Shown: in pieces, positions 41,731-51,670 of the stretch | Layout of the letters: each line of letters opens with the position of its first letter | Numbering within the stretch: the stretch's first letter is position 1 | Origin: Acidobacteriota bacterium | GTDB taxonomy: Bacteria > Acidobacteriota > UBA6911 | DNA: 64,000 nt | NCBI GenBank assembly: GCA_963664705.1 | Contig: OY761556.1 | Location: forward strand, 6,112,001-6,176,000 | Reading direction: 5' to 3' | The notes under the pieces: model-generated | The model's database searches: none | What the model was told of the DNA's origin: nothing | What the model saw: only the letters and a program-made list of their open reading frames with translations | Translations under genes and position numbers: made by a program

Positions 41731-44667
41731 TTAGTGTGCCAGGGCTTTCAGTTCATCCCATTTCTGACGGAATTTATATGCGGACTGGGCGTCAGGGAAC
41801 CGGAACGTCTGGAAATGACTATCGTCCGATATATTATAAAAATTAATGTTCTTCCCATCGGTTTTCAGTTTCAGCAGCTTGAAGGGGATTCTGAACCCAT
41901 GAGATCCCGAAGAAGGGCTGAACGCAACATCCAAAGAACTCAGCGAAAGAACGCCGCGGCACATTCCGCGGAAGACTCCGTGATCATGATCAAGGGTAAA
42001 CCGTTCTATCTCTTCCGATGCTTTTCTCTGGGCAATCATTTCCTTGTCTGAGTCGGTCATCGTGCGTACGGTCTGTTTCACCGAGTCGTAGACAAGGACG
42101 ACATGCTGTCCTTCTGAATACTCTTGAATTCGCGAAGCAATCGTCCCTCCGCCGTTTTCGATGGCAAGCGTGTGGTTGCCGATGGAAACGGACTCGTTGT
42201 CAAGTTCTCCATCCCTTCCGATCGGCTTGCCATCCAGCAGAAGTGTGGCTTTGGGCCCGAGTCGATGGATCGTGAGCGTTGCTCTGGCCGCCGCCTTGCG
42301 GGTTTCGGCCTGGCGTCGCATATCGGCCAGGCTCGAATCGGCAGGATTCAGTTTCTCAGCGTTGCCCAGGGCGTTGAGCGCCTCGGTATAGTGGTTTTCG
42401 GCCATTGCCGTGGAGTAGCTTTTCAGCTGCCGTTGGATCTCCTGAACTTTGGCGCTGAGATCCTGGGCTCGGGCGCTTCCCGGATTCTCCGCGAGCCAGA
42501 GGCTCAATGCTCCGGAAGCTTCTCCATATTTTCCGTGCGCAAGGAATTCGGACAGTTGACGGGTCCAGTCCTCCTCTTTCTGTCTGAGCATCGTTTTTTG
42601 CTGTTCTTCGTCTTTGCGTCCCTGCTCCTGTAATAGCCTGGCGTTGACCAGTGCCTGCCATCGTTTCCGCAACCCTTGGGCAGCTTCTGGATTGGTCGTC
42701 TGCAGCCTGTCGATTTCCGATTTTGCCATCTGCAGGTTGCCTGAATTGAGCAGTGCATGGATGCGGGCAGTGGTTGCCTCCAGCGGCGCCGGATTTTCAT
42801 TTAGCGATGGTTCTACTACTTCCCCTGCGGCAGAGTTTTGCTTCTGGCTTTCTGCCGTGTCGGGCAGATTTTCTTTTGCCTTCGACGTTGTGTCGCCGGC
42901 AGCTTTGTTCGACAACACGTTCCAACGGCTGGGTGCGAAACGCTGCAAAAGGTTGGTTGAATAAGGCAGGCCGATATTCCATGCATTTCGGATTGATGCC
43001 GCCACTTCGGTGCATAGCACAATATAGCCTGCGGTTGATATGACCAGTATCGAAAGCAATACGACCGCGAAACGATAAGAGGGTTTGGCGCCTTTGCCCG
43101 GCTGCGCTTCCATGGCCGGTTCCTGCACTTTATCCGCCTCAAAGGGTTCCTGTGGCGGATGCGATACCTCCATCGACCCTGTTGGTGCTGCAACCGGGAG
43201 TGGCGGCGGGGCTGGGGATTCCGGTGTTTTTGCCGCCGGAGTCTCGTGCGGGCTTTCCGTTTTCGCATCAACCGGGTGCGGTAGAGGAGCGGGCTGTACC
43301 GGTGCCTCCACGGTCAGTTCCGATTCCAGTTCCTTCGGCTGCTCGGAGACCGGCAGGTCCAGGGCTGTATCCAATGGAAGAGCGATATCATCCCTGGCGA
43401 TGAATTCCGGAATAGGGGAAGGTTCTTCCGATACCGCCGCGAAAAAGTCCATCGCGGCTGGTGGCTCCGCAGATGATTCCATGAAGGTTTTTTCGGGACT
43501 GGGAGGCTGCGGGTCCATGCTATTCGCACGAATGGCAGAATCCAGATCAGATGAAAGAGATATTTCCGGTTCCTCCGGGGGCAGTTGCGGGCAAAGCGAA
43601 TCCAGTGATGGCGGCGCATTGGCTGCTGCCTGAATTGACGGATACTGTTCCATCAGTCTGTTCATCAACTGGTCCAGATAGGCGTAATCGGATTCCCGTT
43701 CTCCGCGCAGCAGCCTTTGAATGTCGTCCATCAGCCTGACCGTATCCGGAGAGGCATTGGGTAGCGCTGCGGCTTTTCGGAGAGGCGAGAGCGAGGCATA
43801 CAGTTCGGAAAGAACGAGCTGGGCATCCTCCGCGATGCTGACCAGGAGCTGTCTGCATTCGCTCGCGAGCTCTTCCGCGCTTTGATAGCGATCTTCCGGA
43901 TTTCTGGACAGGCAGGTTTTTAATATGGTCCAAATGCCGGGAGGCGCATCCGGGAACTTTTCGAACGTCGGAATCGGAGTGTCCGCAATAATGTTATCGA
44001 GAGCCTTGTTGCTGTCTTTGTCGTGAAATGGATGACAATGGGTGATTAGTTCGTAAAAGATAGTTCCCAGCGAAAAGATATCCGACCGCTGATCGCACTT
44101 GTCATGCTGAATCTGTTCCGGGCATAGATAGATGGGCACGCCCCAGCGCACCGCAGGGCGGGGCAGATATTTCATAAGAGCCTGCGCAACTGCAAAATCG
44201 CGAATTTTTGCGGTGCCATCTGGAGCCAGGTGGATCTTTCCGGGCACAAGATCGCGGTGAAGCACACCCTTTTTGTGTGCATGGCTCAAGCCCTCGCTGA
44301 TCTGGATCATGATCGAGAGTTTCTTCTCAACGGGAACAGAGGAATTTTGGGCTATCAGGTTTCCCAGAGTTCCGCTGCCGAGGGATTCCATCGCAATGTA
44401 ATGGGTGGATCCCTCTTTGCCGTGACCGAGTATCCGGGCGATATTGGGATGCTGAAGGCCCTCTACCGCGCGCATTTCGCGACTGAAAAGCTCCTCCACA
44501 TTAGTATCCCAACGAATTCCATCGCATAGGATCCGGATCACCACCGGCGTTCCCATGTCCTGATCAAATCCCCTGTAAACGGGCCCGAGGTAGCCTTCTC
44601 CAATTTTTTCTATAAGGCTGTATCTTTCGACATTCTGTGCGGCTTCAGTCAGAGAGGTTGCCCCCAT
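41731..44667 (-). CDS. Membrane Ser/Thr kinase-fold protein with degenerate catalytic motifs (probable pseudokinase)
   Basis: GEGYLG, HPNI, HRDL, PEQ, SDIFSLG; Pro/Glu-rich linker; one TM; TPR-like helices and PEGA-like C-terminal part. Confidence 0.85.
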   Translation of the reverse strand: MGATSLTEAAQNVERYSLIEKIGEGYLGPVYRGFDQDMGTPVVIRILCDGIRWDTNVEELFSREMRAVEGLQHPNIARILGHGKEGSTHYIAMESLGSGTLGNLIAQNSSVPVEKKLSIMIQISEGLSHAHKKGVLHRDLVPGKIHLAPDGTAKIRDFAVAQALMKYLPRPAVRWGVPIYLCPEQIQHDKCDQRSDIFSLGTIFYELITHCHPFHDKDSNKALDNIIADTPIPTFEKFPDAPPGIWTILKTCLSRNPEDRYQSAEELASECRQLLVSIAEDAQLVLSELYASLSPLRKAAALPNASPDTVRLMDDIQRLLRGERESDYAYLDQLMNRLMEQYPSIQAAANAPPSLDSLCPQLPPEEPEISLSSDLDSAIRANSMDPQPPSPEKTFMESSAEPPAAMDFFAAVSEEPSPIPEFIARDDIALPLDTALDLPVSEQPKELESELTVEAPVQPAPLPHPVDAKTESPHETPAAKTPESPAPPPLPVAAPTGSMEVSHPPQEPFEADKVQEPAMEAQPGKGAKPSYRFAVVLLSILVISTAGYIVLCTEVAASIRNAWNIGLPYSTNLLQRFAPSRWNVLSNKAAGDTTSKAKENLPDTAESQKQNSAAGEVVEPSLNENPAPLEATTARIHALLNSGNLQMAKSEIDRLQTTNPEAAQGLRKRWQALVNARLLQEQGRKDEEQQKTMLRQKEEDWTRQLSEFLAHGKYGEASGALSLWLAENPGSARAQDLSAKVQEIQRQLKSYSTAMAENHYTEALNALGNAEKLNPADSSLADMRRQAETRKAAARATLTIHRLGPKATLLLDGKPIGRDGELDNESVSIGNHTLAIENGGGTIASRIQEYSEGQHVVLVYDSVKQTVRTMTDSDKEMIAQRKASEEIERFTLDHDHGVFRGMCRGVLSLSSLDVAFSPSSGSHGFRIPFKLLKLKTDGKNINFYNISDDSHFQTFRFPDAQSAYKFRQKWDELKALAH

Positions 44668-44790
44668 AGTCTGCCTGCTCCTTTTCCGGCTAATCAATAA
44701 CGGTAGTTTTCGGCTAAAACGAGGTTGGTCATGGTGATGTATATCACTGACTCGTGGGAGAGGTCCTAAGCCTGCCTGCCTGAGGAGTGC

Positions 44791-45198
44791 TTGATTTTAA
44801 TAATGTTATCCGAAGACAGCTCCGATCAGACAAATATCACGGAGGATATAAAGCCTGTGGCCATTACAAGCAGGGTACTGCGCGATCAGCGAAGGATCTC
44901 GCGCGTTCCCACAAATTTTCGTTGCCATTTCAAATATGAAGGCAATAGCCGTGAGGCGACTGTGATTGATCTTTCGATCAATGGGGCTCTTCTCTCTTCG
45001 AGATTCATGCCTCCGATTGGCAGCCAGGTTTCGGTAAGCCTGAAGCCGCCAGCATCGAAAGATGTCATAGAAATGGATGCCAAGGTGATCCGTGGTGGAT
45101 GGGGATTTTCGGAACACGGAGCAATCGGCAAATTCGGTGTCCGCTTTGCTCATGCTTCGCCCCAATTGATAGCACTGATTCCTAAACTAAACAGATAA
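44791..45198 (+). CDS. PilZ domain protein
   Basis: QRRISR (RxxxR) and DLSINGA (D/NxSxxG) c-di-GMP motifs, FGVRF; start uncertain (44791 TTG or 44803 ATG). Confidence 0.85.
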   Translation: MILIMLSEDSSDQTNITEDIKPVAITSRVLRDQRRISRVPTNFRCHFKYEGNSREATVIDLSINGALLSSRFMPPIGSQVSVSLKPPASKDVIEMDAKVIRGGWGFSEHGAIGKFGVRFAHASPQLIALIPKLNR

Positions 45199-45205
45199 GG
45201 AGAAA

Positions 45206-45658
45206 GTGAAAAGGCTGGTCCATATGGATCGGAGTTTTTGGGAGGATGTTGGAATGCCTGCGATTACTGTCATGGAAGATGAGAACATCAGCATGTGGTT
45301 TCATCCCGAAAGCAAAATACTGCATCATCAAACGCACCAATTTTTCAGCGGGAAACCATTTCGCGATGCTTTGAATAAAGGCGTAGAAACATTTGAAAGA
45401 TTCGGCGCCCAAAAATGGCTGTCCGATGATCGAGAGACGCCATCACTGGCTAACGAAGACCTGGATTGGGGAGACAGGGACTGGTTCCCCCGGGTCGCAA
45501 AATTGGGGTGGAAATACTGGGCAATTGTCATGCCGGAGAATTCGGTCGGCCAACGCACCCTGACGCGTCTTGCTGAAAACTATTCAGCCCGCGGCGTTGT
45601 CACCCGGTTTTTCACTTCCTCTGAAGAAGCCCAAAAGTGGCTGGAAGATTGTATGTAA
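45206..45658 (+). CDS. STAS/SpoIIAA-like small hypothetical protein
   Basis: KWLSDDR, DWFPR..KLG.KYWAIV, FF...EEA.KWL pattern; AAGGAG RBS; alternative start 45254. Confidence 0.6.
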   Translation: MKRLVHMDRSFWEDVGMPAITVMEDENISMWFHPESKILHHQTHQFFSGKPFRDALNKGVETFERFGAQKWLSDDRETPSLANEDLDWGDRDWFPRVAKLGWKYWAIVMPENSVGQRTLTRLAENYSARGVVTRFFTSSEEAQKWLEDCM

Positions 45659-45716
45659 TATTTGCCGGTTCGCCGTTTTCGATGCGAGACGGCGAACCGA
45701 GCTATTCCTCACTCAT

Positions 45717-46916
45717 TCAAATCCTTGGAATAATCCCCAGCTTAGCCAGAATGCGAAATAGAAGAGATGCCGACGTCTCTTTCCGTATGCGCTGAAGCTC
45801 TCCATTCGCCTGGTTGGCGTGAGCGCGCTCCGTGGCAACGTCCCCCTCCAAAGAACGGGCCCAGACCGTTCGGTTGTCCAAATCGTTCTGCAAAGAACAG
45901 ATATGCGCTGCGCGCATCTCCAACTCTTTTTCCATGGAGCGAATCCACTTCGTTCGACTCTCCAGGTCCTGCTGCAGCGACTCAATGGATTCCGACTGCC
46001 GGTTGATTTGGCTGGTGAGGCTCGCGGCCCAGCCATTGCTTTCTTCCAGTTGCTGCTGAAGTTCGCGGATCAACTCACGCTTTTCCTGAACGTCTTTGTT
46101 TAATTGCTGCGCCCATCGCGAAAACCCCTTCGTTTGATCCGAGCTCGTAATATCCAGGTAAAACGAGTTGCTTTCATCAAAGACGGTTGAGGGGATCGGT
46201 TCATTGCTGCAGATCGCGACCAGGTACAGGGGTTGGGAGAAAGAAGATTCTTTCGGAATCTCTTCCAGCAGATCATTCCGGACATGAAAATGGAATGGCG
46301 CATCCTGCCGGTTGCCCGGTTGCCACATCGTCGATAGCGTCAAAACGCGTTGAGCACAAAGATGGACATGCTTAAAGTACTTCCCCAGGAATTCCAGAAA
46401 TTCAGGGAGCGTCATCTCGTGCTTGTGATATTCATTCTTTGCCGGATAGGTCTCTGCGTATTCGATTTTTTCCGGGGATGAGATCAGGAAGAGGCCGTCT
46501 CGCTTCAAAGTGTGTTGGATGTTTGCCAGAAAACGATCCTGAGTGTCGGGATCGAGGTGTTCAAGCAGTTCGAAGCTGACCGCAATGTCGAAGTCGGATT
46601 GTTCCGGCGCCGTATCACAACTCCCAGCTTCAAAGGACAGGTTTGGGATCGCTGCATATGTTTTTCGAGCGTGTTCCACCGCTTTGACATCGATGTCGAT
46701 CCCAAGGACCGATTGTGCGAATTTCGCCAAAAAGGCGCTGCCGTATCCTTCTCCGCAAGCGCAATCGAGTACTTTCTTCTGATTAACGAACCTCGAAGCG
46801 AAGTAGTAGCGATGGTAATGCTCGAGTGCAAGGATCGGATCTGTCTGGTGGGGGATAAATCGTTCGCCCGTGAAAACAAGCTCGTCTTTTGGATCTTGCC
46901 CGTCACGCGGCGCCAT
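45717..46916 (-). CDS. Class I SAM methyltransferase with C-terminal coiled coil
   Basis: FTGERFIP, EHYHRY, VLDCACGEGYG, SFELLEH; C-terminal 28-aa repeats. Confidence 0.85.
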   Translation of the reverse strand: MAPRDGQDPKDELVFTGERFIPHQTDPILALEHYHRYYFASRFVNQKKVLDCACGEGYGSAFLAKFAQSVLGIDIDVKAVEHARKTYAAIPNLSFEAGSCDTAPEQSDFDIAVSFELLEHLDPDTQDRFLANIQHTLKRDGLFLISSPEKIEYAETYPAKNEYHKHEMTLPEFLEFLGKYFKHVHLCAQRVLTLSTMWQPGNRQDAPFHFHVRNDLLEEIPKESSFSQPLYLVAICSNEPIPSTVFDESNSFYLDITSSDQTKGFSRWAQQLNKDVQEKRELIRELQQQLEESNGWAASLTSQINRQSESIESLQQDLESRTKWIRSMEKELEMRAAHICSLQNDLDNRTVWARSLEGDVATERAHANQANGELQRIRKETSASLLFRILAKLGIIPRI

Positions 46917-46947
46917 TCGGTTGTTCCTTTCCTGGATATTTTACAGC

Positions 46948-46998
46948 GCGTGGAATCCGCGGCAAATTGAAGGCCTTCCTTTGCCACGAATTCCATGC
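46948..46998. repeat. GCCACGAATT-family imperfect palindrome after pepD
   Basis: gcgtggaatccgcggcaaa ... tttgccacgaattccatgc. Confidence 0.7.
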
Positions 46999-47022
46999 AT
47001 AACCTTAGATTATCTTTGGTGA

Positions 47023-48480
47023 TCAGTTTGCCCGCTTCAGAATTTCAAGCAGGAATTGCCAGAAGCGTTCCACCGTATCGATATAGATTTTTTCGTCCGG
47101 TGAATGAACGGCTTCAAGCGTTGGGCCCATCGAAACCATATCCATTCCTGGAAAGCGTTCGCCGATGATGCCGCATTCCAGTCCGGCGTGAATGGCTTTC
47201 ACTTCGGGGTCTTTCCCGTAAAGCGCTCGGAACGCAGTTTTCGCAGTCGCGAGGATTGGCGAATCCATATTCGGCTTCCAGCCCGGATAGGCATCCGTGT
47301 GGCCGACCTCGGCTCCGCCTAATTCGAAAACGAAAGAGACGCTTTGGGCGATCTCCGCGATTTCGGAGGCCACCGAACTGCGCTGGCTGGTCGCAATCCG
47401 GATCGTGTCTTTGATCGTTTTCACCACGGCGACATTGGTGGATGTTTCCACCAGCCCCGGGATGTCGGCGCTCATTTTGATCACACCGTGGGGAAGAGAA
47501 GCGATGGTCTTCAAGATCTTCTGCTGTTCTGCTTTTCGGATGACCTTCCACTTCTTCCGTGAATTGAGTTTTTCGAACGAAACTGCAAGGTCCGGTTCGA
47601 TCGTCGACAGTTCGGCTTTTACGGTCGCCGCGATCGCTCCCACGATGCGGCCGGCTTCCTCTGCTTTCTTGACCGGCACAAGCAATACGGTTTCGCTTTC
47701 GCGAGGAATTGCATTATGTTTGTTTCCGCCGTCGATGGAAGCAAGGCGGGCGCCAGCCGGATCGAGAGCCAGGAGTATTCGGTTCAGGATTTTGATGGCG
47801 TTGCCGCGTCCTTTGTCGATATCGAGGCCGGAATGACCTCCCTTCAATCCGGAAATGCGGAGCTGCATCGGGATCATCGACGCGCCTGGCTCGTCGAAAT
47901 GGAGCTTCCATGTTCCAAGCGTGTCTTTGCCGCCTGAGCAGCCCACGTAGAGAGCCCCCTCTTCTTCCGAGTCCATGTTCAATAATGTTTTGCTCTCGAG
48001 GAAATCCGGTTGGAGATTGGCTGCCCCGGTCAGTCCCGTTTCTTCGTCAACCGTGAAGAGCAACTCCAGGGGACCGTGTTCAAGCGTGCGGTCTTCCATG
48101 ATTGCCAGGCTGGTTGCTACCGCAATCCCGTTATCCGCGCCGAGGGTTGTTCCTTTGGCCATCAGGATATTTCCGTTCCGGACGAGCTCAATCGGGTCCC
48201 TGAGGAAATCATGAACGGTATCTTTGTTCTTTTCGCAGACCATATCCAGATGGCCCTGCAGGGCGATTGAACGTGCATTCCCCCGGTTTGCAGAGGCCGG
48301 TTTTCGAACCACAACATTTCCAAGTTTGTCGGCCTTGGCTTCGAGACCCAGTTTTTTGGCTGTGGCAAGAACATATTTCGTAATGGCAGTCTCGTTTTTC
48401 GAGCCGCGAGGAATGCGCGAGATCTCGGCAAAGTACTTCCAGACCAGTTCAGGTTTCAAACCTTTAATTGCGGTGGACAT
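47023..48480 (-). CDS. pepD: Aminoacyl-histidine dipeptidase (M20C)
   Basis: LQGHLDMVCEK, TTLGADNG, DEETGL, DSEE, GGHSG, IHAGLECG, HSPDE. Confidence 0.95.
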   Translation of the reverse strand: MSTAIKGLKPELVWKYFAEISRIPRGSKNETAITKYVLATAKKLGLEAKADKLGNVVVRKPASANRGNARSIALQGHLDMVCEKNKDTVHDFLRDPIELVRNGNILMAKGTTLGADNGIAVATSLAIMEDRTLEHGPLELLFTVDEETGLTGAANLQPDFLESKTLLNMDSEEEGALYVGCSGGKDTLGTWKLHFDEPGASMIPMQLRISGLKGGHSGLDIDKGRGNAIKILNRILLALDPAGARLASIDGGNKHNAIPRESETVLLVPVKKAEEAGRIVGAIAATVKAELSTIEPDLAVSFEKLNSRKKWKVIRKAEQQKILKTIASLPHGVIKMSADIPGLVETSTNVAVVKTIKDTIRIATSQRSSVASEIAEIAQSVSFVFELGGAEVGHTDAYPGWKPNMDSPILATAKTAFRALYGKDPEVKAIHAGLECGIIGERFPGMDMVSMGPTLEAVHSPDEKIYIDTVERFWQFLLEILKRAN

Positions 48481-48655
48481 CGGTACCTCCTCCTCAACCT
48501 GCGAGGACCTGGATTAGGTTTCCTGACAGCCGGCAATGGCTGTCAATATATATAGACGCTTCAATGATAGCCGATTCTCAGGTGCGCGATCAGCATCTTT
48601 GTGATAATACATTGAAATCAACATATCACGGCTCGTCCGGTTGGGAGAAAACGCT

Positions 48656-50437
48656 ATGGCACAGACATCGGCTCAAGCCCGTACATCACGCACCGTAACA
48701 GTCCTTGACCCCCGTGGGCAGCCCACGGCGGTAGTGCAGCCTTTACCGCTCGCACCCAGGCTCAATACGCTGGATGGGAAGACGGTGTATATGGTGGATA
48801 TTGGGTTTGGCGGCGGCTACGACTTCCTGGAGGAAGCGGCTGGCTGGCTGTACAGAAATATTCCTGCCATCAAGATTGAGCTTCGGCATAAGCGGGGGAA
48901 TATGTTCCTCGATGATCCGGAGCTTTGGGTGGAGATAAAGGACAAGGGAGATGCCGTTATTTTCGGCGTTGGTGGCTGAGATGGCTGCACGGCGAGTGTC
49001 GCCGATCATTGCAGAGTCCTCGAAACGAAATATGGCGTTCCCACCGCTCCCATGGCCAGTGCACGATTTGCGGAGTTTGCCGCAACGGATGCCTTGAACC
49101 ACGGGATGAGTCTCCGGTTTACCTTCCCTCCTTACCCTCTCGTGGGAAGGCCTAGGGAAGTATTGCGGCAATACGTGGAAGGCAGGGATCCTGTCACGGG
49201 GAGGCCGTTGATGCCCCAGGTCGTGGATGCATTGACGCAGCCGCTGACCGAACCCGAGAAAAACCCACCGGCACGAAGGGGCGCCTCCAGGCCGCGGCTG
49301 TTGGCACCGGATACGGAAGAAAACCTGAGGCAGCTCTTTCTGGAGAATGACTGGACGGATGGACTGCCTATCATCCTGCCGACCGAAGAGCGTGTCGAGC
49401 ATATGTTGACCGGAACGGCTGCCGATCCAACCGAGGTCGTCGGGCGAATGACTATTACCACCCTCCAGGAAAAGCTGGAGTATACGGTGGAGAAGGTCGC
49501 GGTGAATGCTGTAATGGCAGGAGCCGGCCCGGAGCATTTGCCTGTAATCCTAGCCCTGGCCGCCAGCCAGGAAGGATCGATGCCGAGTTCGACGACATCC
49601 TTTGCCCGCATGGCATTCGTAAATGGGCCAGTCAGGGATGAGATTGGGATGAACTGCGGCCTGGGAGCGCTGAGCCCGTTCAATCATGCGAATGCCGTAA
49701 TCGGAAGGGCATGGACGCTGATGACCATCAATCTGGGTGATTCCAGGCTGGGCGAGACGTTCATGGGTTCGACCGGCAGCCCGATGAACTATAACAACAT
49801 GTGTTTCGCGGAAAATGAGGAAAGAAGCGTTTGGGAGCCCTATCATGTGCGCAAGGGTTTCCGGAAGGATGAGAGTGTTATCAGTATCTTCCGGGGTTGG
49901 AGCGCCATTAACAGCATGGGAGCCGCCGGCTGTTGCCGTCCGGCCCACGAAGAAATGCTGATGCTTCTGCAGGCATTCCCGGCATTGACTGGTGCGATCA
50001 CTTTTGTCATGGATCCGCTGGTTGCCAGGCATTTGAAAGAACAAGGATTCCACTCTCCACTCCAACTGGGCGAGTGGATCTCGAAAAATTTCAAGATGAC
50101 CGTCGGGCAGTACTTTGGGTCCGACCTTGTGTATTCTTTTGGCAATCCCCTTGCCAGGGACGGTGTCGAGCCGTATGCGTCCTGGTGGAAGCTGCCGAAA
50201 GATACTCTTATCGCACCCTATCTCCGGCCGGAGCTCATCGATTCCGTGGTCGTCGGCGGGGAAACCCAGGCGCTATGGTTTACCACGGACATGAATTGGA
50301 CGCAGACTCTGTCGATTGACAAATGGCGCCCCAAGACGGGCATTTATCAAAGAGATGAGCAGGCGGAACGGCGTCGCTATGCGCGTCAGAAAAGGCACGC
50401 CGCAGCCCTGAATGCCAGCGGCTACGATTTGAAGTAA
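48656..50437 (+). CDS. UGSC-family-like selenoprotein (Sec108 in U-D-G-C) fused to a WTDGLP-motif domain; single 593-aa read-through ORF
   Basis: Track ORFs 48641-48979 and 49052-50437 are in one frame separated only by TGA 48977-79. Read-through gives IFGVGG-U-DGC-TASVADHCRVLETKYGVPT. SECIS-like hairpin follows; GGAG RBS before ATG 48656. Confidence 0.85.
48980..49014 (+). promoter_or_regulatory. Putative bacterial SECIS element
   Basis: ctgca/tgcag lower stem, cggcga-GTG-tcgccg apical hairpin; the loop begins with G 16 nt after the UGA. Confidence 0.7.
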
Positions 50438-50451
50438 ACGCTGCAATACGC

Positions 50452-50484
50452 GAAATCCGCGGCTGACACAAAGCCGCGGATTTC
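50452..50484. repeat. GCCACGAATT-family variant palindrome between convergent genes
   Basis: 13-bp stem gaaatccgcggct-gacacaa-agccgcggatttc. Confidence 0.7.
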
Positions 50485-51502
50485 ATGCATTATTTTTTCC
50501 AACGATTTCGAGCTGAAATCCGCCCAGTTGATTCTGGGTGGCAAAGTAGCATGCCGTGACGGCATGATCTTTGATAGTCGCCCTGAATTCGGATTCAATG
50601 CCGGCCCTTTTCATTGCACCCACGACTTCGGCATAATCCCCCTGAATCCCGAAGCTCACATGCTGGATGCCATTTCCCTTCCTGTCCAGGAATCGTTGAT
50701 GACAGCCGCCCGGCCGTATTCCGATGGGCCGGATTACTTCAATTTGAAGATCTCCCAGAGAGCCCATTGCGAAAGCGACATCCAGGGACTCCATTTCCGG
50801 TGCCTGAACCGGTTTCTCATCCATGTAGGCATCGATAAGGTTGGGGGGGCCGTAGTCATAGGTCCAGCCTTTTATGCCCAATAGCCTCTCGAATCCCTGG
50901 GCCGCGCTCTTCTCATCCTTTACCACGAGGCCAACCTGGTTAATCTTTTTTCCACCTGAAAGGATGGGATGGTCCATTCTGGCAACGCCGGGGCCATCAG
51001 GCAGCACAACGCCAACCTGTTCGATATATCTCTTGCCCGATGCGCCCTCCGGGCTGGCAAACTCAATCCTGCACCCGAGTTCGTCGGTTGTATCCATTAT
51101 TGAAAAGCGCGAGCTATGATCACAATCTCCCTGCATTTCGAGGCTGACGCCCGCATTGGTCAGCGCGCTCACCACGGCATCGTGATTTTGCAGCGTGCCC
51201 AGACCGATTGTGTAGAAACCTTCGCCGCTTTGCTCGAGGAATTCCGAGTAGGCGCATCGGCCCGATACCGGTTGGATCAACTTAATGGACCGGCCTCCAA
51301 AGTTTCCGATGGCCATGCGCATATCACAGCCTTCATCCGTTTGATGATTGTGAAGGATGGTATTGCTGAGACGAAGGGAGTAGAGCTTCAGGCGTACTCC
51401 AAAAATCTGGGCAAAGCGTTTGGCCGTTTTCTCGGCATCCTTAACCACCACGCTGAACTGAACAATCTTTTCATGACTCAGATCTACAACGCTGTTGCCC
51501 AT
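50483..51502 (-). CDS. Tandem VOC/glyoxalase-superfamily protein (methylmalonyl-CoA epimerase-like)
   Basis: Two repeats: QFSVVVKD...IKLIQP...FLEQSGEG and QVGLVVKD...QIEVIRP...FLDRKGNGIQHVSF...QLEIV. Confidence 0.8.
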   Translation of the reverse strand: MGNSVVDLSHEKIVQFSVVVKDAEKTAKRFAQIFGVRLKLYSLRLSNTILHNHQTDEGCDMRMAIGNFGGRSIKLIQPVSGRCAYSEFLEQSGEGFYTIGLGTLQNHDAVVSALTNAGVSLEMQGDCDHSSRFSIMDTTDELGCRIEFASPEGASGKRYIEQVGVVLPDGPGVARMDHPILSGGKKINQVGLVVKDEKSAAQGFERLLGIKGWTYDYGPPNLIDAYMDEKPVQAPEMESLDVAFAMGSLGDLQIEVIRPIGIRPGGCHQRFLDRKGNGIQHVSFGIQGDYAEVVGAMKRAGIESEFRATIKDHAVTACYFATQNQLGGFQLEIVGKNNA

Positions 51503-51670
51503 GAAGCCTCCCTGACTCGAATAATTGATACACCGGATAGAATGGATCTATACTCTCCGCAGCAATACTTGCTGTCAATAGAACTGAATTGATTTGTTTG
51601 CGGGAGTCTATGGAATTCGTGGCCGGCCTTTTCCACGCTTTTTTCTCACGGACGTCAACGAGGTGCCTTT

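Noticed and set aside
48641-48979. Stand-alone 112-aa ORF or nonsense pseudogene
   Set aside because: The stop is a TGA in a UxxC context with an in-frame continuation and a SECIS-like hairpin; read-through explains it better.
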